A stretch of DNA of 39,976 nt from Octopus bimaculoides (Eukaryota), in NCBI RefSeq assembly GCF_001194135.2, contig NC_068987.1, forward strand, positions 36,735,117 to 36,775,092, in the 5' to 3' direction. Under the pieces are notes generated by a model. That model was given only the letters and a program-made list of their open reading frames with translations, was not told where the DNA came from and did not search any database. Below, one piece after another: positions 1 to 11,322 of the stretch (position 1 is the first letter of the stretch; every line of letters begins with the position of its first letter). The position numbers and the translations under genes were made by a program.

Positions 1-34
<34 letters not shown>
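1..34. repeat. (TA)n microsatellite
   Basis: Perfect TA run at the window start. Confidence 0.95.
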
Positions 35-39
<5 letters not shown>

Positions 40-164
40 AAGAAATAGAGAAGATATTATTTTTCCACATGTTTAGAAATATAAAGAAATATAAATGAAA
101 GGACTTGGAGTTTTAAGATCAACATATATAAAGTTTTCACACTTTTGTCCTTTTCAAAAGTTGT

Positions 165-495
165 CTTATATGGCGGGACGTGTTAAGTTGCAACCTTTTC
201 GCCTCTAATCGCTGTTTAAACATTCGTTCCTTTTGTGGGAGAGATTATCGTTCAAATTCAAAAAGGGAAGACACATTTTGATTGGTTGAAGCGATGAAGC
301 ATATAATTTGGTCATATCTCCGTGACGTTGCGTAATGTGACAATATCGAAATAACTGCGTTCAAAGACGAGGCAATGTCACTCCAGTAAATGTGTTATGC
401 GACAGTATACTCAACAGAATGTCCCAATAGCTATAAACAGAGGAATAAATTGATTGTTTGTATGCAGTTACGCTTGTAAGTACGCGCGAAGCAAA
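165..495. promoter_or_regulatory. Possible promoter-like segment (locally CpG-rich)
   Basis: Cluster of motifs: GGCGGGA (172-178, E2F-like), ATTGG (281-285, CCAAT box on minus), TGACGT (323-328) overlapping TTGCGTAA (328-335, bZIP-like) and CGCGCGAA (483-490). No TSS evidence; short motifs can occur by chance. Confidence 0.3.
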
Positions 496-1352
496 AATCG
501 ACTAAATCATATTGAATGTACTATCACAAATTTCTTTCAATCTCCAATCCCTATACATCAATTGAAGACTTCCTGAGGGGGCAGACTAACAAATATCTGT
601 ATGGGTAATATTTTGCATTAATTATTATTTGCTATCGCTATGGTGTAGGATTTTAGTTGGGCACGGACATTCAAATCTACCTTGACAAATTATACTAAAA
701 GGCAATATAGTTTCTATTAACTGATTTGTTTCTAGAGTTCATACTATTGCAGAACCGGTGCATGATTGTTTTTAACTGTGTTTTATAAATGGCTTGCATT
801 AATGGAATATATAAGCTGGTGAAATTTTTGTAACAAGAGTAAAACTTTTAACAGAATTTCTGTTGAAAGTTCTCGTGAATTTATACTCATTGGTAAAATC
901 CCAGGCGGTGAATTGGAGGAACTCCTTGCAAGTGTTTATAAGAACACTCAAGATAAAAATTGAATTATATTACAGAATTCTTATTTCAACGTTTGGGAGT
1001 TAAATGCCTTGGTATATAATCAACCCTATCTAAAATTCTACTAGAATCACATGCTTTGTTACAGAGTGCCTCTACTTTTCTGAAAGCATTTACATCAAAA
1101 GGCATAAATTAAGTACATTTTACATCGAAAACTAAATCACGGATAGTATTTAGTAAATGTTTATTTCATTGATCGGTGTACTATATTATGTTCTAAACTC
1201 CGCACAGGAGCATAATTGTATCCAAAATAAGATGAAACCAGGTCACATATTTCAATATGTGTTCTCTGAGTTACTTTGACTTCATTCTCTTTACATTACA
1301 TATTTTATACATATCATCACTTTAGTCCTATCTTGGATTTATTCAAACCAGA

Positions 1353-1435
1353 CTAATGTTTACAGGCATCAATCGGATTCATTAATGTGAATTTTATACC
1401 CGAAGGCAAAACTCTTTGCTTTAGAGAATCAAGAC
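1353..1435 (-). CDS. Candidate terminal exon of the mucin-Ig-Ig-CBM14 gene: (G)LDSLKQRVLPSGIKFTLMNPIDACKH*
   Basis: Acceptor tcttctag|GT is phase 1, matching the CBM14 exon donor. TAG stop at 1355-1353, with AATAAA on minus at 1343-1338. The polypyrimidine tract is short. Confidence 0.35.
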
Positions 1436-1579
1436 CTAGAAGACTGATTTGTTATTGCGACATCTCAATTTTGTTCACAGAATTTTTTAGTCTGCTTTAC
1501 ATCAACCACGAGTGTGTATAAGCAAGGAGTTATTTTTAATAGGAGTTATTTTTTATGCATATGACTAGGGTATATATAC

Positions 1580-1710
1580 ATATGTGTGTGCGTGTGTGTG
1601 TTTATGTACGTATGTATGTAGGCTTGTATATATGTATGTATGTATGCATGTATGCTTGTATGCATGTATGTATGTATGCATGCATGCATGTATGTATGTA
1701 TGTATGCGTT
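1580..1710. repeat. Compound (TG)n/(TATG)n/(CATG)n microsatellite
   Basis: Visible tandem di- and tetranucleotide units; source of several spurious ORFs. Confidence 0.9.
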
Positions 1711-2635
1711 TGTAGAACAAATGTTTTTAACTACTGGATCCGAAGGACATACAAATTCCTTGACAGACACGCCCAGACTGATGCAAATAAGTTTCCCCTT
1801 GAATAATTGCAATTCAACGCTTGAGAGACGGACATAAGCAGGGAGAGAGTTCAAAAGGATTGATGTTCTTAGAAGAACAGAATGAGCGTAGTGAAATGTC
1901 TCTAGGATGGACAAAGCAAGACGAGCTGTTGAGAAAAATGATATTAGCGGTAGAACAGGTAAAGAGGGAAAACATATCTATGGGCCAAAGGTTGAAATGA
2001 GACTGTGAGTGACGTTATGCTAATCAGCCGGGTATCTCTTTACTGGATGCAGTCTAGGATGTTTGTATGTGCAGCAGCATAGCCTGCTCTTGAGTACATT
2101 GTAGGTCCTAGTTGACCTTCGTAGATGTGAAAGATTGTTTGAAGCTGGAGAGCTTTCTTCATCCTCTAACAATTACTGATTTTCATACATTATTTATATT
2201 TGATAATATCGTTCCTCTACAGTTATGTCTATTGAACACTTTGCCTAGACTCGTCATGGAAATATATATTCGGTGTATTTCGCAAATATTTATACACATA
2301 TGTACTCACGCACGCACACAGGCATATAAATGTAAATGTGTGTGTATGTGTGTGTGTTTGTTTCTATACACGTGTGTTTGCATACGCATTCATATGTGTA
2401 TAAGTTATATTTATAAATAAAATGTATATATATATTATGTAATATATGTGTATACACGCACACACGCATATACACACACATATGTATATATTATAATGTG
2501 AAGCTTTTGTCTCATCTCTTTAACAGTAGCACAAATTCATTGCTTTAACGCAGTCCCTTGTGTATATTTATCTGTTCTTGGTTTTATGTTTGTATTCTTA
2601 TGTCAAATAAAATAATCAGCGATTTGCTCACATAC

Positions 2636-2854
2636 CTTCATATCGTAAAGTTGATTTGTTTTTCTCATATGTTCCAGTTACTGACTTGCTCTGATTGCAG
2701 TCACACATCACACATATTCCGATATCTGCGTCAATGCAATGATGGTCTGGGCAATTTGCGATGTAGCTGTAGTTATTTGCACAATGCACGAACGATTCAC
2801 TACAAGCATCAAACGGGTAGACTTTGAAGATATGCCCATCAGCACAGTAATCTT
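2636..2854 (-). CDS. Exon encoding a chitin-binding type-2 (CBM14/peritrophin-A) domain: (E)DYCADGHIFKVYPFDACSESFVHCANNYSYIANCPDHHCIDADIGICVMCDCNQSKSVTGTYEKNKSTLRYE(G)
   Basis: Acceptor caatttcag|AA and donor GAAG|GTATGT; 219 nt, phase 1-1, open frame. The pattern C..G....P..C..F..C.N......CP.....D...GIC...C matches peritrophin-A. This frame is absent from the ORF track. Confidence 0.85.
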
Positions 2855-2954
2855 CTGAAATTGTAGATATTGTGTCATAAATATTTCTGTTTTTACAATG
2901 GAAATTAAAAGTGACATATATAGATTCTTACATACGTTAGTGCCTAGATAGTTA

Positions 2955-2968
2955 TGTAGCTATGTATA

Positions 2969-3010
<42 letters not shown>
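2955..3010. repeat. (TA)n microsatellite
   Basis: Visible TA run. Confidence 0.9.
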
Positions 3011-3011
<1 letters not shown>

Positions 3012-4947
3012 GCACATATGCGTTTAGATATTTATGTACATATATGTATAACATCAATTGCTTTATCGATCTTTATACATCCTATGTAATATAGAATATT
3101 TTCAATATATTTATCCTAATACTTTCACAGAATTCTTTGTCATAGTTGAAGTTTCATATATTCCAATAGTCTCCAGGGAAGATGGCTTCCCTGATCAAAG
3201 TGATATATTACATTATTAATCGCAATTTTCGCGTCATCTCTTTTAAGTAGAATAAAGACTTGCTTGTTGTCGAATCTGCAGATATATCGGCTTACAAATA
3301 TTAGGTTGGTAGGTCGTATCTCGCCACTGGCGCAGTATCGTATCCACGGATTTATCAGTGTATCTATAAATACACACAATATAGCATAACAAATCATGTT
3401 CAATGCTTGCTTCTATCTCATAGCAAAACTGGAGGGCAATGTTCCATCTTTAAAATCATAGGGGTTACTATATGAATATAATGGCTCCACCAAACTGATT
3501 TTGCGTTGAGATGCTTTACTAAATCTAAGACTTCAAACAGAAATTCTCCAATCTCATGAATTACAGACATTGAAATATATACCTCCGACTTCATTTGACA
3601 ATATTAAATGTCCACACACTGATTGCCTATGCCGTCAGGCGAATCTGGAATTCTTAATTTAACGTTTTCATGAAGCCAAACCGGAATGCTATCACAATGG
3701 ACCTCTAAAATTGTACAGATTCGAATAAGAAGTCTAGAAATAGGTATTCGAGTACTTTCTCTACTGTGAGTTGTCCGGACATAATGCACGTCGACTTTAT
3801 TTACCGATTTGAAAAAAAATGCGTTAGTTAGAACTGGAGAGTATCGAACTAAATATATCTCCAACTTTAATTCTATGCTTTTGATCTTAAGTTCAAACGG
3901 CACTACGGGCGTCTATAGGATTTCGACTCTTTGCAGTCGAAAAAGAAGCAACAGTACACACTGGAATTGATTTGGTCGAGTATACTATCGGACAAGAAAT
4001 ATCTGGCTATGTTCCAAAGGAAGAAATCATTATTTTTCTCTGAATTGGAAATAATAATGCAAAATCGATCCGGACGATGTTACAGGCCGGAAACCCGGAC
4101 ACTGACGCAGGGATAATGGGTGGTTTATTATTTCGATTCCTATTTTAATTCAATCAATATTTCTTTTTCATACAACAATCAATATGTGTCACCTTACTCT
4201 AAAATATTTTTGTTGTTCTCTCCAAATAGATCACGGATGTTTGACAAACGAATTTACTTGATTCTGATCTGTTTTGTATCTCAATCAAATTTGGGTTCAG
4301 AGAAAATACAAACATACACACTCTCATAGAATTAAAAGTATGTACAATGTGATACGTACATTGCTCTTAATGATTATTGTAGGCCAGAATGTATGGCCTG
4401 CATAAAATATATCAATTCTAAGTAAACACTTGATAAACATATGACCATGCCCTTGCTTCTATATCATTTACATATTTGTAATAAATTTCATGTTTATTAC
4501 AATTCTATAAAATTATTTAAATGTTAATTTATGATAGAAACAAAAACCGGAAGAAATATTCTACATCAGCTTTGTTATATGCTGTAATGTCAAATTCCCA
4601 CCGAGGAGGAATACCCCTATCATTCATATAATCTCGATAAAATAAACATCAGCTGTGTACTTGGGTTCGGCTTCATCGATTTCTCTCGTCCCTTTTTATC
4701 CTGTTAGGTTTTTGGTTGCTGTAATTTATTAATAACTACTTGGAGCATTTACAGCATTGATAACTTGCGGTATTTCATTGACGTCCATTGTTAAGTTAAA
4801 ATCATTTCTATGTCCGTAATAGACTAAACTGCTATCCAGTAGAAAACGTTTTTCTCATTCACTGATTATAACAAAACAGGCAGGTTTATGCACTTGTTCG
4901 TTGGAGCCACAAGGACCGTGAAAAGTTTGGCATTTAACATTACTTAT

Positions 4948-5160
4948 GAGCGGTGAGCTGGTAGAAAAGTTAGCATGCCAGGTAAAATGCTTCCCGGCAT
5001 TTCGTCTGTCTTTACATTCTGAGTTCAAATTCTGCCAAGGCTAACTTCGTTTTTAACTCTTTCGAGGCCGATGAAATAGGTACCAGTTGAGTATGAGGTC
5101 GACGTAATCGACTTAACCCACCCTGAAACTGCTGACCTTGTACCAAAATTTGAAAGGAAT
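4948..5160 (+). mobile_element. tRNA-derived SINE, family A (full length, with TSD)
   Basis: Head GCGGTGAGCTGGTAGAA with B-box-like GAGTTCAAATTC, central ..TTTCGAGGCCGATGAAATAGGTACCAG, and 3' ..ACCTTGTACCAAAATTTGAA. 9-bp direct repeat ATTACTTAT at 4939-4947 and 5161-5169. The same sequence recurs elsewhere in the window. Confidence 0.85.
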
Positions 5161-5829
5161 ATTACTTATCAGGTATTAGTAGTGTCTATTTGCCAAAACA
5201 TGAAGGTTCTTATATTTAGAGATAAAAGAAGGAATGATAAGTTGTAACGATTCAGTCATTTCAAAAGAATTACTTAGTAAATTGAATTGATCTGTTAGAT
5301 ATTGATGGTACTTTTCAATCAGAATTAACAAGTGTTAAAAGTTAAATTAAGCATGAGAAGTTGAGGCGAAAATTGAAAGAATAAGTAACAACAAAAACAG
5401 CTCCATTAAGTTTTAACAAATGCAATAAAACAAGTGTGCCATAATAAAGAATTCTAACGTATTGTTTATTTTATTCTTCTTCAAAAAATTATAACTAAAT
5501 TATAATAAAATTTTAACCAAATTGTGCTGCATAACGGGAAGGCTAAGCTAATATTCGATTTTATGAACTTTTCTAAAACAATAATTCGGTTATAATTATA
5601 TTCAGTTAGCTGCTTGAATGATAGTCAAGGTCTTAAATCTCACCGACTAAGTACACGAAGTTAGACATACGTCTGACTTAGGGTAGCTTGTTTTAAACAG
5701 CTGCTATGATAGTAAATTTATATCAATGGATACAAACAGCAGCAAAAAGAAATGAATTTTTAAGAGGCTGCAGAGTTTGCAGCAATTAGTAGAAATACTT
5801 CCAGGATTACAATTTGGAGAAAGACTGAC

Positions 5830-5934
5830 TTCTTCAAATGTAATGACTAAATTTCCTTTGACGAAATCAAAATAATGATATACTGTATTAAATTCACGTC
5901 TCAATTCATTTGATACTGGTTCTGGAGGATATCG
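5830..5934 (-). CDS. Candidate exon RYPPEPVSNELRREFNTVYHYFDFVKGNLVITFEE (phase 0-0)
   Basis: Acceptor tatgtttcag|CGA and donor GAA|GTCAGT; 105 nt open. The phase does not match the phase-1 neighbours, so membership of the gene is uncertain. Confidence 0.3.
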
Positions 5935-6099
5935 CTGAAACATAATTTTATTAATATTTTACTAAATATTTCAAAACTTTTTGCATTTACCACAAAAACA
6001 TGTACATTATGATGTTTCATTATTTTAATGTCTTGCAACTGGGATCTGGTTTCGATTCATGGAGGCACATTTCAAGAAAAATTTAATTATCTTGTATAT

Positions 6100-7232
6100 A
6101 TCTGCAGAGATATGTCTACAAATGGATATCTATTGATGTTAAAACTGCACTCCTCCTGTCTCTTCCATTGACTGTAATACCTGGACAAGCACATCAGCCG
6201 GGTGGTAAATTATGGAGAAAGCCATAATGTGATTACCACCTCTCCCTGATCTTCTGGACATTGCATTTTCACAGCACATTTTTAAGTGAAAATGGATATC
6301 TTGCTTGTAACCTCATCCCACTTCCTGTCCTAAACCAGATCACGAGTCATTTAACCAGTTCATTTGTCCAGTACCATATTGTTCGACGAGACGACATAAA
6401 CTTGTAATTTCACGTTCTGAGCTGTACGCCATCCTGCATGACTCAGTTAAACTTCACTCCTGAATCTACCTCGTATTCGTTTATGCTCCTCGACAGTTTT
6501 AGCGTTTGCAACAATATCTCTAGTGCAAGCACATACAAGAGATGTAACACCCTGACAGGCTGAGCCTGTGACAAGAAATTGTTCCAAGAAGTAGGGTCTC
6601 TGTGAGCAGATACAGCTACTACATAACCTCCTAAAATGGAACGAAACCTGCTGTTTTGACAACAGTAGTTTGGTTCCAATAACATCGTCTTTTTGGATGT
6701 TCCCTTTCAGTAGTGCGACTACGTCCCAGCTCATAAATGTGAATTACCCCGTTCTGTTACCATCTGCAATAGTCGTCTGTCAAGAGATCACTAAATAAGT
6801 TTGACGTGTGACCATAAAAAGGACTAGCCAACAAATGGGTAAGCATCAAAACGGGACATGTTGTCCCTTGTGCAGCCTTTCAGAGCCTTTTGTATCTCAG
6901 TGGCCTTTCGCAGTACTTCATGTCGAGGTGGCACGTTGCTCACCTCAAACAGTCGAAAACTGTTTATACAAAGCTGCACACATCTCCTTAAAACCGAATT
7001 TCACATGCCGTCCCAATCAAAAAAATACCGAATTGTGAAAAGATGCGATGATATTTTCGCTACCCGAACCTAATGAGCAGCTTTGGTATTCGTAAGACTT
7101 TTTAGCGCACAAGCCTTGAATCTATAAATGCGCGCTTTCCTTTTTGCGTTGAAGAAGTGGTCGAGAGCCATTCTTGTCGCTGACACTTTCCTAATCGTCT
7201 CTTCGAGCTGGCTAACTAATTCCCACCCCGAT
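6100..7232 (-). mobile_element. Decayed L1/Tx1-clade non-LTR retrotransposon (ORF2 linker plus RT fragments)
   Basis: Minus-strand peptides: ELVSQLEETIRKVSATRMALDHFFNAKRKAR (Tx1 linker-like); LLYVLALEILLQ (cf. CPLSPLLYVLALEPLL); YEVDSGVKFN (cf. YE..SGAKIN); KWDEVTSKI..EVVITL (cf. W..V..K..GR..V). Contains many stops and frameshifts. Confidence 0.75.
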
Positions 7233-7233
7233 G

Positions 7234-7358
7234 AGAAGAAGAAGAAGAAGAAGAAGAAGAAGAAGAAGAAGAAGAAGAAGAAGAAGAAGAAGAAGAAGAA
7301 GAAGAAGAAGAAGAAGAAGAAGAAGAAGAAGAAGAAGAAGAAGAAGAAGAAGAAGAAG
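7234..7358. repeat. (GAA)n microsatellite
   Basis: Perfect trinucleotide run; produces the poly-K ORF. Confidence 0.97.
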
Positions 7359-7859
7359 GATTAAAATACATTAAAAGCAGAAATGTAAATTGTATACTAA
7401 AGCATGTATTTATAAATCTGAGTAAAATATTCGGATATCATAAACATCAAAATGTTAAATAAAATAAATAACTTGACAAGAGTCGAGGATGGGGAATAGA
7501 GCGGGAAGAGGAGGAATTAGGACAAGATAAAGAATAAGGATTAGTACAATTCAATTTTTCCTAGATTAAGAAGCAGAAATTATAAGAACCGCTGCGCAAA
7601 ACAGTGAATGTAAGAGAGAAACAGATTAAAGACTGCTGTTTCCCTACCTGATATTCAGTTCAAGTTCTACTCCATTTCAATCTTTGATCTCTTGATTCAT
7701 CCCTATTTGTTCCAAGTGTACCCGGAATTCTTTTGTTCATGCAACATTCTTCGTCACATTTGTATCTCTTTGCGACATTTGTCAATAGCAAGCTAGCATC
7801 GGCGCTTGCAAACATAATAAAATGTACGCCCATGCATTCACGCACCAAGAGTAAGGGAC

Positions 7860-7879
7860 TGACAGACAGACAGACAGAC

Positions 7880-7954
<75 letters not shown>

Positions 7955-7970
7955 CAGATAGATAGATAGA
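7860..7970. repeat. (GACA)n/(GATA)n microsatellite
   Basis: Visible tetranucleotide arrays. Confidence 0.95.
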
Positions 7971-8003
7971 AAAGTAGAGGAATAGTCTAAGAATTATACG
8001 TAC

Positions 8004-8324
8004 CCGGTATTAATTTCAATTCGTGTTCGTTAGTAAAAAAGGTTTTGTAGTTTGAGGTGATATTCACCGCGCAGCGAATTATCGATAAGTTGAAAGAAGT
8101 AGGGAATTTGACAGCAAATCGGTAGTGACTTTTATAAAAACATCCATCTTTTTGAATATCTGTATACACTGAAGTTTTATACTCGCTGAAGTTGGTTAAT
8201 AAAATCGGTCGTTTTTCTAGCCAAACAGCTGACGGTTTGGCTCCAATAATGAAACACTCGATATCAGTCTGCCAGTTTGCTGATATTCCTTTCTTATGTC
8301 TTAATATGGCTGTTTTCGGAGGAA
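8004..8324 (-). CDS. Exon encoding Ig-like domain 2 (C2/CD80-like): (V)PPKTAILRHKKGISANWQTDIECFIIGAKPSAVW...FNLSIIRCAVNITSNYKTFFTNEHELKLIP
   Basis: Acceptor aatgttccag|TT and donor CCGG|GTACGT; 321 nt, phase 1-1. B-strand Cys (IEC) is followed by GAKPSAVW, with the F-strand Cys (IRCAVN) after 60 intervening residues. The VPP start is typical of Ig-Ig junctions. Confidence 0.85.
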
Positions 8325-9674
8325 CTGGAACATTAATATATAACAAAAAATAATCATATTTCAATAAGGATTTCTTATATTTGAATAATACAGCACATTT
8401 GTTATAGAGTAGAGGTTAAAACTGACTAAAAACGAATATATCATAGAACAAATGTTTATTTTGTCGAACATTCTGTGGAATGTCAGGATAACAAGCTTTC
8501 TTGGGCGAGAGACTGTGATTGTTTTGCTGTTAACATATGTTAATTATTTACTTCTAGAAAATGGGCATTCCTATGCCGATATGAAATATGAAGAGGAGAA
8601 AGAACTTTGATTACTAGTGAACCAAAATTGCAGACGGGACTCCTGTAGAATTCATGAGACTTTTCATTGTAAACCCTCATGGGATTTCACTCAGAAACAG
8701 TGAAGCCAATGCTCTTCTGAGGTCAATGAGGAGCAAAACAATTTCTCTCATTTACAGACTTAATTGTGATAATATTAGTAGTTAAGCTTATATAGTATTT
8801 CCTCACACTAATTGAAAATACAATTTTCATCCGTTATCTCTTTCTTCCATCTCTCCCGTTGTTGATAGATTACTTGAAAATGTCATGATAGTACTCTTTA
8901 GCTTCCTATTAAGCCATTAGAGAAAAGGGGTTACTTGGAAAAGATGGAGCTTTGAATAAAACACCAAAACAGAAGTTTTATTTGGTTTTCTAAGTCGTGA
9001 ATTCAAGTCAAATTTTGAATTCCTGCTGCAGTCTTATTTCACCGATATCTAAATTCATCCTCATGTTAACATTTTATATCGGCTGAAGAATACATATCCT
9101 GTGATGAAAAAACACTAAGTTTATGGTGAATATTGTGCATTTGTAGAAGTGAAAAATTAGCATATCTATCAAAACGGTTAGTCACCATTAGCAAGAAAAA
9201 CAAAAGGTATGTTAGTGTAAACGTAATGAGTATTAAAATCTGACCAATTTAGTGTTTCGTTATTATTTCGACATATACTTCGAAGCCTATATTTCGATTT
9301 TTAGGGTTAAAAACATCTCATCATATACAGAGTTGCCATGCATGCTAACCGAAATTATATGTCATTTACTTCATCGGTGCATAATTATTTCTCCTTTACT
9401 TTCCAGCTTCACTACATTGTATACGTTAACACTAACTTAACTATTATTTGTTTATGCAGCTGATGTCTCTAAGTAATTAATCTATATTTTACAAACATTT
9501 CAGGGTGGAGAGCCAGAATTGCAAAATCAAATACAATTCTTTTAGTTATGTTCTTTTACAACATAATTCTTATATTTTATATTGAGGCATTGATTGAATG
9601 CCAATTAAGTATTGGGTTTCATTTAATAGAATCGACCCTTTCCGATATAATATGACTATGGCCTAAACACGAAA

Positions 9675-9820
9675 GATTTCAAGTTCCGCCGATGTCTACT
9701 TTGTCTTTCATCCACTTGGGTCAATAAAATAAGCACCAACTGAGCAATAAGGTTGATGTAATCGACTAGCTTCCCTCCCCACAAAACTTCTGGCCTTGTT
9801 CTTATGGTAGAAAGAGTTAT
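9675..9820 (+). mobile_element. SINE family A, 5'-truncated and diverged copy
   Basis: TTCCGCCGATGTCTACTTTGTCTTTCATCC..GGGTCAATAAAATAAGCACCA..GATGTAATCGACT..CTGGCCTTGT aligns to the other copies. Confidence 0.8.
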
Positions 9821-10461
9821 GAATCAGCAACATTAATTTCTAAAATTAGCACAAGGACACGTATTTGAGAACAGAATGTTCGCCTAAAAAGATCCCAGTA
9901 CTAGACAGATATACTAATTTAAAGACACCTCTCTCGAGAAAGATTTAACGTACAATTGATCTGAGTACGATTTGATCTCAGATCATAAAAATATTTATGT
10001 TGGTTTTGTAAACAGACTATGACTTGGAGCTGGAAAGACGTATTTTAACAATTTGTACGGCTCTCGTTTCAAAAAATAAAACCCTTTCGAATAATCACGT
10101 ATCTATAAGGTTCATCTTTAGCTTTATGAGTATTATCACATAGGACTAAATAGTTGCAATTATTACAACCCTGAAGGGTTTTATATCATGGTTGAATATA
10201 TATAATTATATTCAATTCAATAACCTATGTTCTATAATGTGGTAAATAAAGGTTCCTCTGGGGCAATAATTGATAAATTATATTACAAAAGAGGCTATTC
10301 TGTATATTTAGATATGACGGAAAGAGATTGAGAATATTCTTGGCTTCACTTCAGTTGAATGAGTCCCGAAAACATTGAAATCGTGACGCTAAGCATATGA
10401 AATACGTACCATCTCTCTAAAGATAATTTCCATACGTGTTGTCTTCATTTGTGCTCATTAC

Positions 10462-10473
10462 CATATACACACA

Positions 10474-10512
<39 letters not shown>

Positions 10513-10673
10513 ACACACACACACTCACGCACACACTCACGCACACACATACACACACACACTCACGCACACGCGCACACACACACACACTCAGGCACAT
10601 ACACATACACACACACACANNNNNNNNNNNNNNNNNNNNNNNNNNCGCACACACACACACACAAACACACACG

Positions 10674-10740
<67 letters not shown>
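10462..10740. repeat. (CA)n/(TA)n microsatellite with N gap (10620-10645)
   Basis: Visible runs; source of the His-Thr and Val-Cys ORFs. Confidence 0.95.
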
Positions 10741-10811
10741 TAAACAAAATTAGATAACAAAGCCAAAGCTGTGAGGAGTTTCCGGGACATTTATAAGGAA
10801 AAAATATAGAT

Positions 10812-10865
10812 ATAGTCTTAAAGCTGTTTCTGGGATATTAGGGATATCTCTTCATCAGAAACGAT
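10812..10865 (-). ncRNA. Degenerate type-I hammerhead-ribozyme-like motif (left arm)
   Basis: Minus strand reads gtttCTGATGA-agagatatccctaatatccca-GAAA-CAGCTTTA-agac. The core boxes are intact. Helix III would be the palindrome ACAGCTGT but carries one substitution, and the helix II closing pair is mismatched. Confidence 0.4.
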
Positions 10866-11139
10866 GTGAGAAGGTTAAATAGAGGTAAATATTTGAGTTC
10901 GAAATAAAGAATTATTATGGAAAAGGAGATAGGGGGGAATATAGAGGGAAATAAGAGAATGAAAGTAGAAATAAAAATATAAAATATTATATAAAGATAA
11001 AAATATATCTTTATATATTCTGCATTTTTATTTCTACTTTCATTCTCTTATTTCCCGTTATATTCCCTATCTCCTCCTTTTCCATAATAATTATTTATTT
11101 TGAACTCAAATATTTACCTCTATTTAACCATCTCACATC

Positions 11140-11190
11140 ATCTCTGATGAAGGGATATCCTTAATATCCCAGGAACAGCTATAATACTAT
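11140..11190 (+). ncRNA. Degenerate type-I hammerhead-ribozyme-like motif (right arm)
   Basis: CTGATGA (11144-11150)-A-GGGATAT-cctta-ATATCCC-A-GGAA-CAGCTATA. There is a perfect 7-bp stem, but the GAAA box and helix III are mutated. Confidence 0.35.
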
Positions 11191-11263
11191 ATCTATATCT
11201 TTTTTCTTATAAGTGTCCTGAAAACTCCTCACAGCCTTGGCTTTGTTATCTAATTTTTTTTTA

Positions 11264-11265
<2 letters not shown>

Positions 11266-11322
<57 letters not shown>

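Larger units (their letters stand above)
10738..11266. mobile_element. ~530-bp foldback (long imperfect inverted repeat), MITE-like or Penelope-pLTR-derived
   Basis: The left arm (TTAGATAACAAAGCCAAAGCTGTGAGGAGTTT...GAATGAAAGTAGAAATAAAAAT) is the reverse complement of the right arm (ATTTTTATTTCTACTTTCATTCTC...AAACTCCTCACAGCCTTGGCTTTGTTATCTAA). The centre is near 11000 (TATATAAAGATA/TATCTTTATATA). Confidence 0.9.

Noticed and set aside
1800-2170. Possible RTE-type LINE remnant
   Set aside because: The composition suggests a decayed TE, but I could not recover a convincing motif.
7128-7364. Poly-Lys ORF (likewise poly-Arg 35050-35307, poly-Ile 34468-34650, and His-Thr/Val-Cys ORFs at 1546-1914, 10436-10757, 23903-24151, 27347-28122, 29718-30146, 38914-39260)
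   Set aside because: These are translations of microsatellites or N gaps.
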